A stretch of 64,000 nt of DNA from Endomicrobiales bacterium (lineage in GTDB: Bacteria > Elusimicrobiota > Endomicrobiia > Endomicrobiales > CAWCFT01): positions 96,001 to 160,000 of the forward strand of contig CAWCFT010000002.1 in assembly GCA_963794945.1 (NCBI GenBank), written 5' to 3'. Shown here in pieces: positions 29,714 through 41,097 of the stretch (position 1 is its first letter; every line of letters begins with the position of its first letter). The position numbers and the translations under genes were made by a program. Below the pieces are notes generated by a model. The model saw only the letters and a list, made by a program, of their open reading frames with translations. It ran no database searches and was not told where the DNA came from.

Positions 29714-32700
29714 ATGAAAAGAAAAGTGGTCCCTATCGTAGGAGTAGGAGCATCAGCTGGCGGGCTTGAGGCCCTGACGGAATTTGTCAGCAACATTCCG
29801 CAGAATATCAACATGGCCTTTGTGATCGTCCAGCATCTTGAGCCTAAACACGCTAGCCTGATGGCCGATATACTCTCAAGGCACACAAAGCTCTGCGTTG
29901 CGCAGGTAAAAAATAAAACAGGCGTAGAAGCAAACCATATCTACGTTATCCCTCCAAACGCGAACCTCAGCATTTCAGAGAGCAAATTATACGTCACAAA
30001 ACGCGACAAAAAATTCTCGCTCAAACACCAGCCTATCAATCATTTTCTTGTCTCTCTGGCCGGCTCGGCAAAGAGAAATTCCATAGGCATAATCCTTTCG
30101 GGCACGGGAACGGACGGTTCTGAAGGCATAAAGGCCGTCAAAGCAGCAGGCGGGCTCACTTTCGCGCAGGACGAGGCAACGGCCAAATATTTTTCGATGC
30201 CTTATGCTTCCATCAGAACAGGGCTCGTGGATTTTGTGCTTTCGCCTAAAGATATGGCGAGGAAACTCGCAAATAATTACCCCTCAAAGCGCCCGGGAAA
30301 GGAACCGGCCGCGTCTTCCGAAGAAAGCCTTTCCAGCCCGCTGGAAAATATTTTCAGCCTTCTTAAAACCAGCCTGGGGGTTGATTTTACCCATTACAGA
30401 AGAACCACTATACTGCGCAGGATAGATAGGCGCATTTCGTTCAATAAGCTCAAAGGCTTCGGCGATTATTACAGGTTCCTTAAAAGTAATCCTTCCGAAC
30501 TCAACGCGCTGTATGAAAACCTGCTTATTTCCGTAACCACATTTTTCCGAGACCCGCCTTCTTTTGAGGTGTTAAAACGGAAGATATTGCCGGCCCTGCT
30601 GAAGGCGAAACCTGCCGGAGAGCCGGTAAGAATTTGGGTGCCGGGTTGTTCAGCCGGGCAGGAAGTCTATTCGATCGCGATCACTATTTTTGACTACCTG
30701 GAAAGAACGGGCGGCAAAGCCGCCGTTCAGGTTTTCGGCACAGACTTAAACGATACCCTTATAAGCATGGCGCGTTCCGGCGTGTATCCAAAAAGGTATG
30801 TAAATGATGTCCCGCGTTATTATCTCGACAAATATTTTGTAAAAGCAGGGGAAGACAATTACAGGATACACAAAAATATACGCGATATGTGCATTTTCGC
30901 GAGGCACAACGTAGTTAAAAACCGCCGGCTTTCAAAAATGGACATCATAAGTTTCAGGAACGTGATGATATACCTGGAACCACTTCTGCAGAAAAAAGTC
31001 GCGGACATGCTTTATTACGCGCTCAATAAGTCAGGGTATCTTATCCTGAGCGCGTCTGAATCGCTCGGCGCGTACCCGCACATGTTCAGCATACTGGAAA
31101 AAAAACATAGGATATACACCAAGATCGAGACAAAGAACCGCGTACCGCTCAATTTTGAAACGCCTTTTGTAAAACAGGAGCAAACTAAAAATAACTTTAT
31201 ACTGAACAGGCCCGCGACAACCGCGCCTGATTTTGACCGCGAAGTGGATAATGTTTTCATTTCAAGGTCCAAGCAGGGGGGGTCCTGTTTAACGAAGCGC
31301 TGGACATAGTGCAGTTCCGCGGCGACACCACGCCTTATGTTCAGGCAAGCCCGGGCAAAGCGAGCCTGAACATCATGAACCTGATCCACGAAGACCTTAA
31401 GGCGGGCCTTTACGAAGCCATACAGCAGGTTAAAAAAACAGGGCTCCCTTTAAAGAACAATAACGTGCGGTTCAGGCTGCAGGACAAATACCGCCTGGCG
31501 AGCTTTGAGGTGATACCTGTAGTCATAGACAAAGAGAATTATTTTCTCGCGCTTTTTGAAGAAACAGCCGCGGCCCCGCAAAAAACCAATGCGCAGGAAC
31601 GCAGGCCTGAACCAAAACAGGCTATAAAAGAAGCCTCCGGGTTAAGGCAGGAACTGTTTTCAACAAAAAAATTCCTGCAATCAGTTATTCTTGAAAAAGA
31701 GAACAGCAACGAAGAGCTGAAATCCGCGATGGAAGAACTGCAGTCCGGCAACGAGGAACTGCAGAGCATGAACGAGGAAATAGAGACCGCCAAGGAAGAG
31801 CTGGAGTCCTCCAACGAAGAGCTGGTCACGCTCAACGATGAACTGCAAAACAGGAACCTGGAACTTATCCAGGCCAATTCCGACCTCAATAACCTTATTA
31901 CAAGCACTAATATTCCAATTATCATCGTAGACGGCAAGCTGAAGATAAGGCGCATAACGCCGCTTTTGAAAAACCTGATGCACGTTGTTCCCGGGGACAT
32001 CGGCAGGCCCATTTCGGAGATCAAGCTCAAAGCCGACATACCGGGTTTTGACGGGTTGATCAAAAGAGCTGTCAATAAAGCAAGTACCGTTGAACGAGAA
32101 GTGGAAGACGCGAACGGCAATTTTTACTCTATGCGGGTAAAGCCGTACCTTACGCAGGAAAACAAGAATGACGGCGCGGTGATCGCTTTTATAGATATTA
32201 ATCAACTCAAGCGTATACAGAAAATACTGGAAGCCGCGCGCAGTTATAACCTGAACATAATCGAGACCATGAACGAATCGCTGCTGATCCTTGACGATAA
32301 GCTGCGCATAGTATCCGCGAATAAACATTTTTACAAGGCGTTCGAGCTTACGCCGGCCGAAGTAAAGAATAATTTTATTTACAAGATAAAGGGCAACGGC
32401 TGGAATATTCCAGAGTTAAGAAGCCTGCTGGAAAAGATATTGCCCGCGAAGACTCATTTTGAAAATTATGAAATTATTTTCAAGCCCTTGAAAATAGAGT
32501 CAAGGGTCCTGAGGCTGAACGCCCGGAAGATCTACGACCCGTCCAAAAAAGCAAATTTAATCCTGCTTGCCATACTTGATATAACCAAAAGTTATTTTGC
32601 CGAGAAGAGATTGGCCGCCTCCGAACGAAAATACAGGGAGTTGTTCGAGTCAACCGTTGACGGCATCGTTAAGACCGATCGCCGCGGGCGCTATCTTGAG

Positions 32701-34167
32701 GTAAACAAAGCATTTCTTAAAATGACCGGTTACACGCAGGAGGAATTAAATAAAACTAACTTCCGCGAGCTGACCCCACAAAAATGGCATTCAATTGACG
32801 CAAAGATCATCCGGGAGCAAATACTCAAAAGGGGGTATTCCGATGAGTGGGAGAAGGAGTATTTCAGAAAAGACGGGACTACGTTCCCGGTTTCTATTAG
32901 AGTATGGGTCAACAGGGACGAAACGGGAAAACATACGGGCTTCTGGGGCATTGTACGGGATATAACAAAAAGGAAGGAGCTCGAAAGGATAAGCGCGGAA
33001 AACAAAGAGCGCTTTGAAGCTATTTTTAACTCGGTGAGCGATGCTATCATATATGGCGATACGCGGAGGAGGATAGTCCTTGCCAACCCTGCTTTTACCA
33101 GATTATTCGGCTATTCTTTTGACGAAGTAATAGGCAGGACAACGGAATTTTTGTACGCTGATAAAAGAGATTACCTGTACACGGGCAAGAAATATTATAA
33201 CATGGCGGTTAAGATAGGAAACCAGGGATATGAAATGGCGTACAGGCGCAAAGACGGCTCGACTTTTAAAGGCGAGTCAGTTTCAACGTTAGTGCGGGGC
33301 CTCAAGGGCAGGATCGTGGGGTTTGTCGGCGTGCACCGCGATATCTCGGTGCGCAATGAGATCGAGGCCATCCTTAAAAGAGATAAAGACACTCTGGAAA
33401 GGCTTGTAAGTGAAAGGACGGCTGAACTATTGAAGCTCAGGCCGAAACTTGAAAAAGCCAAGCGCCTGTCCGACATAGGCACCCTTGCTTCCACCGTGGC
33501 CCACGAACTGCGCAACCCGTTGTCGGTTATAAGAATTGCGCTTTTTAATATCAAGAAAAAAAGCCATAACCCTTCAATCTCAAAGAACCTGGAAAACATA
33601 GACAAAAAGATAAGCGAAAGCTCGCAGATAATCAATAACCTGCTTTTTTACGCCAGGATCCAGAGATCCGCCCATGAAAATGTTAATCTTTTTAACATTA
33701 TTTCCGAAATAGTAGAAAGCACTCTCAAAAGATATTCGAGACAGAAAGTTGAAATGGACTGCGACCTTGATCGCCTCAGAAATATGGTCATCGAAGCCGA
33801 CCCGCTTCAAATGAAGGAAGTTTTCAATAACCTGTTGAACAACTCTTTTGACGCGGTTAGCGGCATAAAGGGGAAAATAAGAATACGCGGCGCAGCCGAT
33901 GGCGACAGCGTCACTATAAACATCAGGGATAACGGGAGCGGCATTGCAAAGGAAGATATGGAGCATATTTTCGAACCATTCTTTACCACAAAATCAAAAG
34001 GCACGGGGCTTGGGCTGAGCGTCGTCCGCCAGATAATATCTCTTCATAACGGAGATATTAAGTTTAAGAGCAAAATGAACAAGGGAACCGAAGTTTCCGT
34101 GACATTGCCGCTTAGCAGAGGAATTAATAATAGCCGCTTATCAACCAAAAAACAGTTCCGCGCATGA
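29714..34167 (+). CDS. CheB-CheR-PAS sensor histidine kinase fusion, frameshift at the G7 run near 31275
   Basis: GASAGG, VQHL, SGTGTDG (CheB); VTTFFRD, WVPGCS.GQE.YS (CheR); EELQS coiled coil; PAS repeats; AHELRNPL, DNGSGI, FFTTK..GTGLGL. Confidence 0.92.
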
Positions 34168-34209
34168 TATGCCGTGAAAGACGGTGTCATACTTCTCTTC
34201 ACTAAAGTA

Positions 34210-34239
34210 ATTGGTGTCAGGCTTTACTAGTTGAACTAA
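34210..34239 (-). repeat. Right copy of 30-bp inverted repeat
   Basis: attggtgtcaggctttactagttgaactaa. Confidence 0.8.
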
Positions 34240-34318
34240 AATAATGTTCAGATGTCAGGCGTGACTAATAGGACTTATTGAAATATGATGAAAATTAAAG
34301 AACTTAACGGAGGCGAAC

Positions 34319-34633
34319 ATGCGCTGGTACCATTACATTTCTTACTTCTTCGGGGGATTCTTTCTAGCTAACGCAATACCGCATCTCGGCATGGGGATAA
34401 CGGGGCACGCCTTTCAGAGCCCTTTCGCGACGCCGTCCGGGGTGGGGCTGTCCACCTCTACCGTGAACGTGGTGTGGGGCCTGGGCAACCTTGTGATAGG
34501 CTACCTGCTTGTGTGCAAAGTGGGGAATTTCGAACTGCGCAAGACTTCGCACGCGCTTGCCCTGTTCGTTGGCATAGCGCTCTGTTCCCTAATGCTAGCC
34601 CGCGCCTTCGGCCGTTTCCACGGCGGCCTTTGA
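34319..34633 (+). CDS. Small membrane hypothetical protein
   Basis: RBS ggagg, three TM segments, NAIPH..G..G..FQSPFA.P. Confidence 0.75.
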   Translation: MRWYHYISYFFGGFFLANAIPHLGMGITGHAFQSPFATPSGVGLSTSTVNVVWGLGNLVIGYLLVCKVGNFELRKTSHALALFVGIALCSLMLARAFGRFHGGL

Positions 34634-34736
34634 GATCGTTGAAAACCTCAAAACCATCTCAACTTTGCTAATTGACATTCATCTTAAAGAGTATTAAAAT
34701 ATATCTCATAATATTGATGCACTGCTGGAGGGGCAA

Positions 34737-34907
34737 ATGAAATATCGAGTATTCATTGAAAAAGACGAGGATGGCGTATTTGTAGCCGAATGTCCGACTT
34801 TACCGGGCTGTATTTCACAAGGCGGAACAAGAAAAGAAGCATTGTTAAACCTTAAAGATGCCGCAAGGGGCTACATTTGCAGCCTAAAAAAACATACTGA
34901 AAAATAA
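34737..34907 (+). CDS. hicB: Short HicB-family antitoxin (56 aa), no adjacent toxin
   Basis: MKYRVFIEKDEDGVFVAECPTLPGCISQGGTRKEAL.NLKDA; RBS ggagggg; not in ORF track. Confidence 0.8.
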   Translation: MKYRVFIEKDEDGVFVAECPTLPGCISQGGTRKEALLNLKDAARGYICSLKKHTEK

Positions 34908-34981
34908 GGTAGCCTGAATATAATAAAGTAAGTACAAATCTCCCCGGCCTTCTTTTTAAAAGAGGGAAACAATCGTAATGG

Positions 34982-35010
34982 AAGGCAGATAGAATTTATC
35001 TGCCTTTTTT
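34982..35010 (+). terminator. Intrinsic terminator
   Basis: aaggcagata-gaatt-tatctgcctt followed by T-run. Confidence 0.7.
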
Positions 35011-36434
35011 ATTTCGATTTGAAAGTTTCTCACGCAAACTGTTATGAAAGAAATGGAAAGTTCTTACAATGCGGGCCACGTCGAAATGGAGCAGATAAAG
35101 AAAGACAAGAAACTGCTTATGTACTAATGTTTACAATAGACCTGAGAAAAGACGCGTATTAAATTGCTAAAATAGAGTCAGTATTTTTCTAGTTGTTAGG
35201 CGCGCCGCGAGAAGGCGCGATATTTTTTTGTATGTATTCATACACAAAGGAACCGTAAAGATGCTGGCAGCATTCGGGAAAACGGCGGCTTTATTTTTGA
35301 CGGCTGCGGCAGTAATTATATCAGGCTCAATTTTCGCATTAGCTGGCTCAAAAGGTCAGTCAATAATAATTGACACTTCTACCGCGCCGAGCAGCACCCG
35401 TGAGCTTATAATTTCGAATTCTCCCGATAAGTCGGGCCTTAAGCTTGGCATCGTTATCTACGGCCGCTCTGAAAGTTTGATCGGGATCGCGCCTGCGGCG
35501 TCCGACGGCACGGTGGGGCAGGATGAACTGGAGTACCGCACGTTGTCGAGGCCCGGAGAAGTGCTTGAGACTGTTCCCGGTGTTATCGTCACCCAGCATA
35601 GCGGCGGGGGAAAAGCTAACCAGTTCTTCCTCCGCGGCTTTAATCTTGACCACGGTACCGACCTTGCCACATCCCTTGACGGTGTCCCGCTCAACCTGCC
35701 ATCGCACGCGCACGGCCAGGGGTATACCGACCTGAATATCCTTATCCCGGAACTTATCGAACGCGTGGATTTCCGCAAAGGGAATTATTACGCGGATGCC
35801 GGCGACTTTGCCTCCGCGGGCGCGGATGACATTCAATATGTTGATTCACTGCCGCAAACTTTGGTTCAGGTTGACGGCGGCAGTTACGGCTACAGGCGCG
35901 GGTTGATAGCCTCGTCACAACGCCTGGGCAGCGGGACACTTCTTTACGCGGCCGAGCTCTTCCATAACGACGGGCCGTGGGCCACACCCGATGATTATAT
36001 AAAGAACAATATGCTGGTGCGTTACAGCCGCGGCGACGCCGCGCTTGGTTACAGCCTCACCGCGATGGAATATTCCGGCGCCTGGAACGCGACCGACCAG
36101 ATAGCGCAGCGGGCACTTACGGAAATCCCGGGCTTCGGCCTGTACGATTCCCTTTCTCCAACCGACGGCGGAAACTCCCACCGCTACGGCCTTTCTTACG
36201 AGTGGCACAGGAAAGACGCGCAGCCTTCGGCTAAAGTTCTGCTCTACAGCTATTACTACGACATGGACCTTTTTTCGAATTTTACCTACTACCTCAACAG
36301 CCCTCAGGGTGACCAGATAGAACAGCAGGACAAGCGCTGGGTAAGCGGGGCCAAAGCGAGCCAGACATGGACCGGGACAATAGCCGATTCTGAAATGGAA
36401 AACACTATAGGCCTTCAGTTCCGCAGCGACACAA

Positions 36435-36971
36435 ATGAACCTCCGCGCAGCAAGACTGCGCGGTATCAAAGGTCAAAGAAATTGAAGAGCTGTAGTTGCT
36501 TTATTTGCTCTTTGTTTCCCTGCTTTGCAACGTAGGCGCGAATCACTTCTTTATTGCCGCCTTCTCCTACTGTTGCTACAAAGTATCCGTCGCTCCAGAG
36601 TTCGCCGCCCCAAAGTTCCTTCTTTAACTCTGGATGTCTCCGGAAAAGCTCTCTCGCTGTCAAGCTTTTGATTAGTCTTATTACTTGTCCTGGCGAGAAC
36701 TTTGGCGCTACGCTTATCAGATAGTGGACGTGATTCGCGTCTATCCCTATCTGCTCAAACTCTATCTCGTAGCGCTCTTCAATTTCTTTGCTTATTTCAA
36801 CGAGGCTATGACAGCGGTCAGAATGCCCGAATATAGCCTTCCTATATTTGACTGGCGTTACAAAATGATAGTGTATCTGATACCCACTGTGCTCTGTCTT
36901 TTTGACCGCTCTCATAGCCTCTATTATACCTTAGCGGTAACCCCGCAGCAAGACTGCGGGGAATGGTCAAG
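36435..36971 (-). mobile_element. IS200-type insertion sequence (tnpA only), about 537 bp
   Basis: Subterminal hairpins ccgcgcagcaagactgcgcgg (36443..36463) and ccccgcagcaagactgcgggg (36941..36961); removal restores the receptor frame; ends uncertain by 1 nt. Confidence 0.9.
36466..36915 (-). CDS. tnpA: IS200/IS605 family Y1 transposase
   Basis: YHFV..VKYRK, HVH HUH motif, LWGGELWSDGYFVATVG, I.AYV..QG. Confidence 0.95.
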   Translation of the reverse strand: MRAVKKTEHSGYQIHYHFVTPVKYRKAIFGHSDRCHSLVEISKEIEERYEIEFEQIGIDANHVHYLISVAPKFSPGQVIRLIKSLTARELFRRHPELKKELWGGELWSDGYFVATVGEGGNKEVIRAYVAKQGNKEQIKQLQLFNFFDL

Positions 36972-38137
36972 TTCAAAACGGCTTATATCAAACCATAGAC
37001 AGGGCGCGCGCCGACAAAGTCGACTACAGCGGCGCGGCGGTCCCGGCCGTAACCACGGCGGATGACATATGGGAACGCAGCATTTCGCCTTATATAGAGA
37101 ACAAGGTTCTGGTGGTCGGAAAAATTTCGCACGGTGCTTGGTTTGCGGGCGGATTACTACACGTTTGATGTTAACAGCAGCCTGCCCGCCAATACGGGGA
37201 ACACCGACTCTATGATGGCAAGCCCTAAAGCATCGCTGGTATTTGGCCCGTGGAACGGAGCGGAGTATTACGTAAACTGGGGGCTTGGCTTCCACAGCAA
37301 TGATGCCCGCGGCGTAAACGAACATATTGACCCAACCGCAGGCACGGCGGCAGCCTCTGCCACGCCGCTTGTGCGCACGCAAGGCGCTGAAATAGGCGTC
37401 CGCGAAAAAAGGATAAAGGATTTGCAGAGCACGCTGACGCTCTGGTGGCTGGATATAGATTCCGAGCTTGTTTTTGACGGCGACCACGGCACCAGCGCGC
37501 CCAGCGCACCAAGCCGGCGCTACGGCGTTGAGTGGGCGAATTATTACACGCCGGGCGCGCGCCTCAGCATGGACGCCGACCTCTCATTTTCCCACGCGGA
37601 ATTCCTTCAAACAGTTGTTGACGCCGATACCGGCCTTGAGGGGCGCTATATTCCAGAAGCCGTCAACAGCGTTATCGCGGCAGGCGTTACTTACCACCAG
37701 CCGGACAACCGCGGATTTTTTAGCGAACTGCGCCTGCGCTATTTCGGCCCGCGCCCTTTGACGGAAGACAACAGCGTTGTTTCCGGAGCCGCGTGCCTTC
37801 TAAGCGCGAAAGCGGGGTATCATATTAACGAGCACTGGACCCTAACTTTAGAGGGATTCAACCTGCTTAACCGCACCGACCACGATATCGATTACTATTA
37901 CCCTTCTCGCCTTCAAAACGAGGCCGCCGGCCCGGATAACGGCGGCTATAACGACCTCCACTTCAAACCCGTTGAGCCAACCGAGCTCCGCGTAACGCTA
38001 GCCGCGCGGTTTTAAGAAACTAATTGGTTTTGATGAGACATGTCCCGCCTGGTTCTTTTTAAGTGAATTTGACTTCCTACTGATGGTTTACTAAAATATA
38101 GCTGTAAATAGTACAAAATGAAAACCAGGGAGCATTT

Positions 38138-38362
38138 ATGAAAACGAAATTTACCGTACTTATTGAAAAGGACGAAGATGGGATTCTTTTAGCTAAAGTT
38201 CCGGATTTAGCGGGATGTCATACACAGGCTAAAACGATGCCGGAACTTCTAAAGCGTATTAGAGAGGCAATAGAACTGTGCCTGGAAGTGAAAAAATTGC
38301 ACCATGAAAAGGTGTCTTATCGTGAGTTTGTAGGTGTTCAACAAATCGAGTTTGCACAATGA
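38138..38362 (+). CDS. hicB: HicB-family antitoxin
   Basis: FTVLIEKDEDG..LAKVPDLAGCHTQAKT..EL..RIREAIELCL. Confidence 0.88.
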   Translation: MKTKFTVLIEKDEDGILLAKVPDLAGCHTQAKTMPELLKRIREAIELCLEVKKLHHEKVSYREFVGVQQIEFAQ

Positions 38363-38493
38363 CAAGACTACGCCCTATTGCCGCGCGCGAATTATGTAAA
38401 CGATTGAAGAAGATCGGATTTGTAATGAAAGGGCTATTCGCAAGTATCTTAAACGACATACAGGTATCATTAGAAGATTTTGAAAATATATAA
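38359..38493 (+). pseudogene. hicA: HicA toxin with internal in-frame deletion (44 aa)
   Basis: MTRLRPIAARELCKRLKKIGF joined directly to KGLFASILNDIQVSLEDF; the GSH-containing core is missing; ATGA overlap with hicB. Confidence 0.7.
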
Positions 38494-38542
38494 CAATAGT
38501 TCAGGTTTGTTTCTTAAGGCTAAAACATCCGAATAAATATCC

Positions 38543-38575
38543 TGAGACCGTGGAAAAGCCCAACGGTCTTTTTTT
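38543..38575 (+). terminator. Terminator built on a family C end hairpin
   Basis: tgagaccgtggaaaagcccaacggtct followed by T-run, between convergent genes. Confidence 0.55.
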
Positions 38576-38577
38576 AT

Positions 38578-41045
38578 TTATTGAAGTATTGTCACGGCGC
38601 TTTTATCGGCGGAAAGCGTTTCGGCTAGTTGAGGCGCGATGGTTTTCGCGAAGAAGATATCGGAATCCGGCTCAGTGCCGGCGGCTTTGGCGGGGAAACC
38701 GGCCGGGGCGCCGGATGGGTTTACTGAAAGGTATATCCACTTGTCGGCAAGCTGTTTGGTCTTTATGAGGTAAGTCTTACCAAGTTCTATCCTTACAACC
38801 TTTTGCAGGTCCTTCATTGTCTTGAAAATAGCTTCGCCTTTTACCTGTGTTTCACCAGCCACAAGAGCGTTCACGCAATCGTCCAGCACAACTGCCTCGC
38901 CTTTGTGCCATTCAAGTTTTACTGTCCGGTTCCCGGTTTTGGCGGTAAGGGCGCCGTAATCGCTCGCGGCGCGGGCCTTGTTTTTCTCGGGGGCCGCGCG
39001 GCCAGCAGAGGCTATTTTTTCCGCGGTTCCGCCTTTAGCGAGGTGCGCCGCTCCGGGTTTACCGGGCCTCGCGGCTCTCGCGGCCTGGCCTTTATTGCTT
39101 GAACTGCCGCTGTGCTTTGATATCTTGGCGCGTATATCTTTTACCGAAGCGAGCGAGACGCCGCCAGAGATAAAGTAGGTATAGCCCATCAGCGGGTAGC
39201 CTGCGGATGATATCATCTTGAAACACTCGGTTGTAGAGTTGAAGCGGCCCTTTTCTATGAACGGCAGGTTTGTCCTGTTCTTGAGGTTAGCCGTGCCCTT
39301 GTACCACGCCTCAAAATCCAGAGTGCGGGCGACGGGCTCTTTGGCGAGAAAATCCAGCGCGGAGGAATGTTTTTCTTTCAGCGCCATCATCAGACAGCTC
39401 CATTTGAGGAGCTCGTTAAGCTTGTAGTAGTAAGGCTCGTAATCCGCCACGGCGTAGTAGTGCTCGTCCCACCAGCCGAGGAACTCGCCGCTCTGGTAGT
39501 TGGGTTTGCTTTCCTTGCCCGGGTAGAGCGGGTCCGACGACGCGGCGTAAACCCTTGTGGAAACGGGCTCGAACGTTATCTCGCCGCCGTTTATGTCGAA
39601 GCTGTCCTGCCTCAAGCCGAACCAGAGCCGTGTTTTTGAGAGCTTGACGAAATCGTCCCAGTACAGCTTAGGCACCTTGATGCCCGCGAGCGTTGAAAAG
39701 CCCGTGATACTGTTCTTGGGAGCGAGGCCGTTGTAGTCAAGCGCCCACAGCTTCGCGGTGAGGTCGGTGTAAAATAGTATCATCGCGGCGTCCGTGCCTT
39801 TCATGCGGCCGTCATAGCGCGCCGCCTGGTAGGTGTTCTCAAGCTCCACCTGCTGAAGCACGGAATCAAGTTTGCCTTCGGCGCTGTTTTTGGGCGGGGT
39901 GAACTTCCTTCGGAATTTGAGCAGGGGAACTATACTCCCTGATGAGGCCACCCTGCCGGCTACGCTCAAAAGCTCAGCCGAGTTCGCGCCGATCATCTGC
40001 GAGAATTCTTTGTCCTGGCCGGCGGCGGCGAAACGCCCCGTCTTTTCCACGACACTTTTAATATCTTTCGATATCCCATTAAAATCGTAAAGCGGGTCGA
40101 GCGAGAAACCGACGTTGGCGTCCGTTTCGCCCGCGGGCGTGTACGGGTATATCTTTTTTAGCCGCGTCATTATGTGCAGGTATTTCACGCTGCCGGACTT
40201 GATGGCCGCCCTGAGCTGTTTATTGTTCTTAAGCGCCTCGTTGTATTTCTTTGAAAGGAAGAGCGCGTACTGCTTTTTGCGCTCCGCTTCATTTTCCGGC
40301 GGGGTATTAGTGATGTACGCCTGGTAAAGCGCGCGGCGTCTTCCAGCGACAGCGCGGCGTCCGGCCCGAACCTGTTCCTGCTGCCGCCGAGCGTTACGCT
40401 GTTCTTGTTTATCTTTACGCTGGTCAAAGCGTCCGCGTCCTTAAGGAATTGCCTTACGCCGTCGGCGTCAGCGGCCTCTTTTTCTACGTAGCCGTACTCC
40501 TGCGATAGCATGGTTTTGCCCGGTATCGCCCTGACAAAAGACACGCCAAGGCTGCCGCTCGCGATACCGCCGTCATAGCTGAAAAGGTAAACGTTTTTCG
40601 GCACGGGATCGCCCGCTGCCCTAAACTTATCGAAAATGAAGCCCTGTGTCAGTTTGTCGTCAACTTCGCCGCGAGGGACAAGCATGACGCAGTTGCCGTT
40701 CTCCAAAAACGCCGCCCTGCCGGGCGAGACCGTGAAACCGTACTTTTTCTTAAGCGCGCTGTAACGCATGTGGGCAGGCTGTCCGGTGATGTCGTCGGCT
40801 TCGTCCGCGGTAAAGCCGAGCGAGGCCAGGAGGCCGTAAAAGGCCCAGTCTTTCAGCTGTTCATCTTTTTCATCAGGAGGGAGCGTGTTGTAAAAATCCG
40901 TAAGGGAAGAGATGTCCACCGCCGACGGCGTGTAGCCGGTACAGCGGGCCTCGAAACCGGTTTGAGTAGCCGCGAAGGCAGGCAAAACAGCAAAGAGAAC
41001 AACTGTCAGTATAGAAATGGCCGCGAGTGTTTTATGGTTTTTCAT
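38578..41045 (-). CDS. Large exported hypothetical protein (about 820 aa), frameshift near 40330
   Basis: Signal peptide MKNHK..AFA in ORF 40185..41117; continuation in ORF 38578..40188 (YQAARYDG, LFYTDLTAKLWALDY). Confidence 0.65.
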
Positions 41046-41097
41046 TTGGTTTGCTTGTTCCTGGGTTCGGTTATATTGGAGAGAACTGGCATATGGT

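Larger units (their letters stand above)
35261..38015 (+). pseudogene. TonB-dependent receptor interrupted by IS200 element, plus an indel near 37108
   Basis: QHSGGGKANQFFLRGFNLDHGTD plug; reading resumes after the IS as QNGLYQT; barrel end GFHSNDAR..ARF. Confidence 0.88.

Noticed and set aside
31261..31320. Programmed frameshift or phase variation at the G7 run in the CheB/CheR kinase
   Set aside because: Indistinguishable from the many other indels in this assembly
35044..35127. 27-aa ORF and hairpin upstream of the TonB receptor as a leader or riboswitch
   Set aside because: No clear RBS, no recognisable aptamer, no distinctive codon bias
36435..36971. IS605/TnpB RNA-guided system
   Set aside because: The element holds only tnpA, with no room for tnpB or an omega RNA
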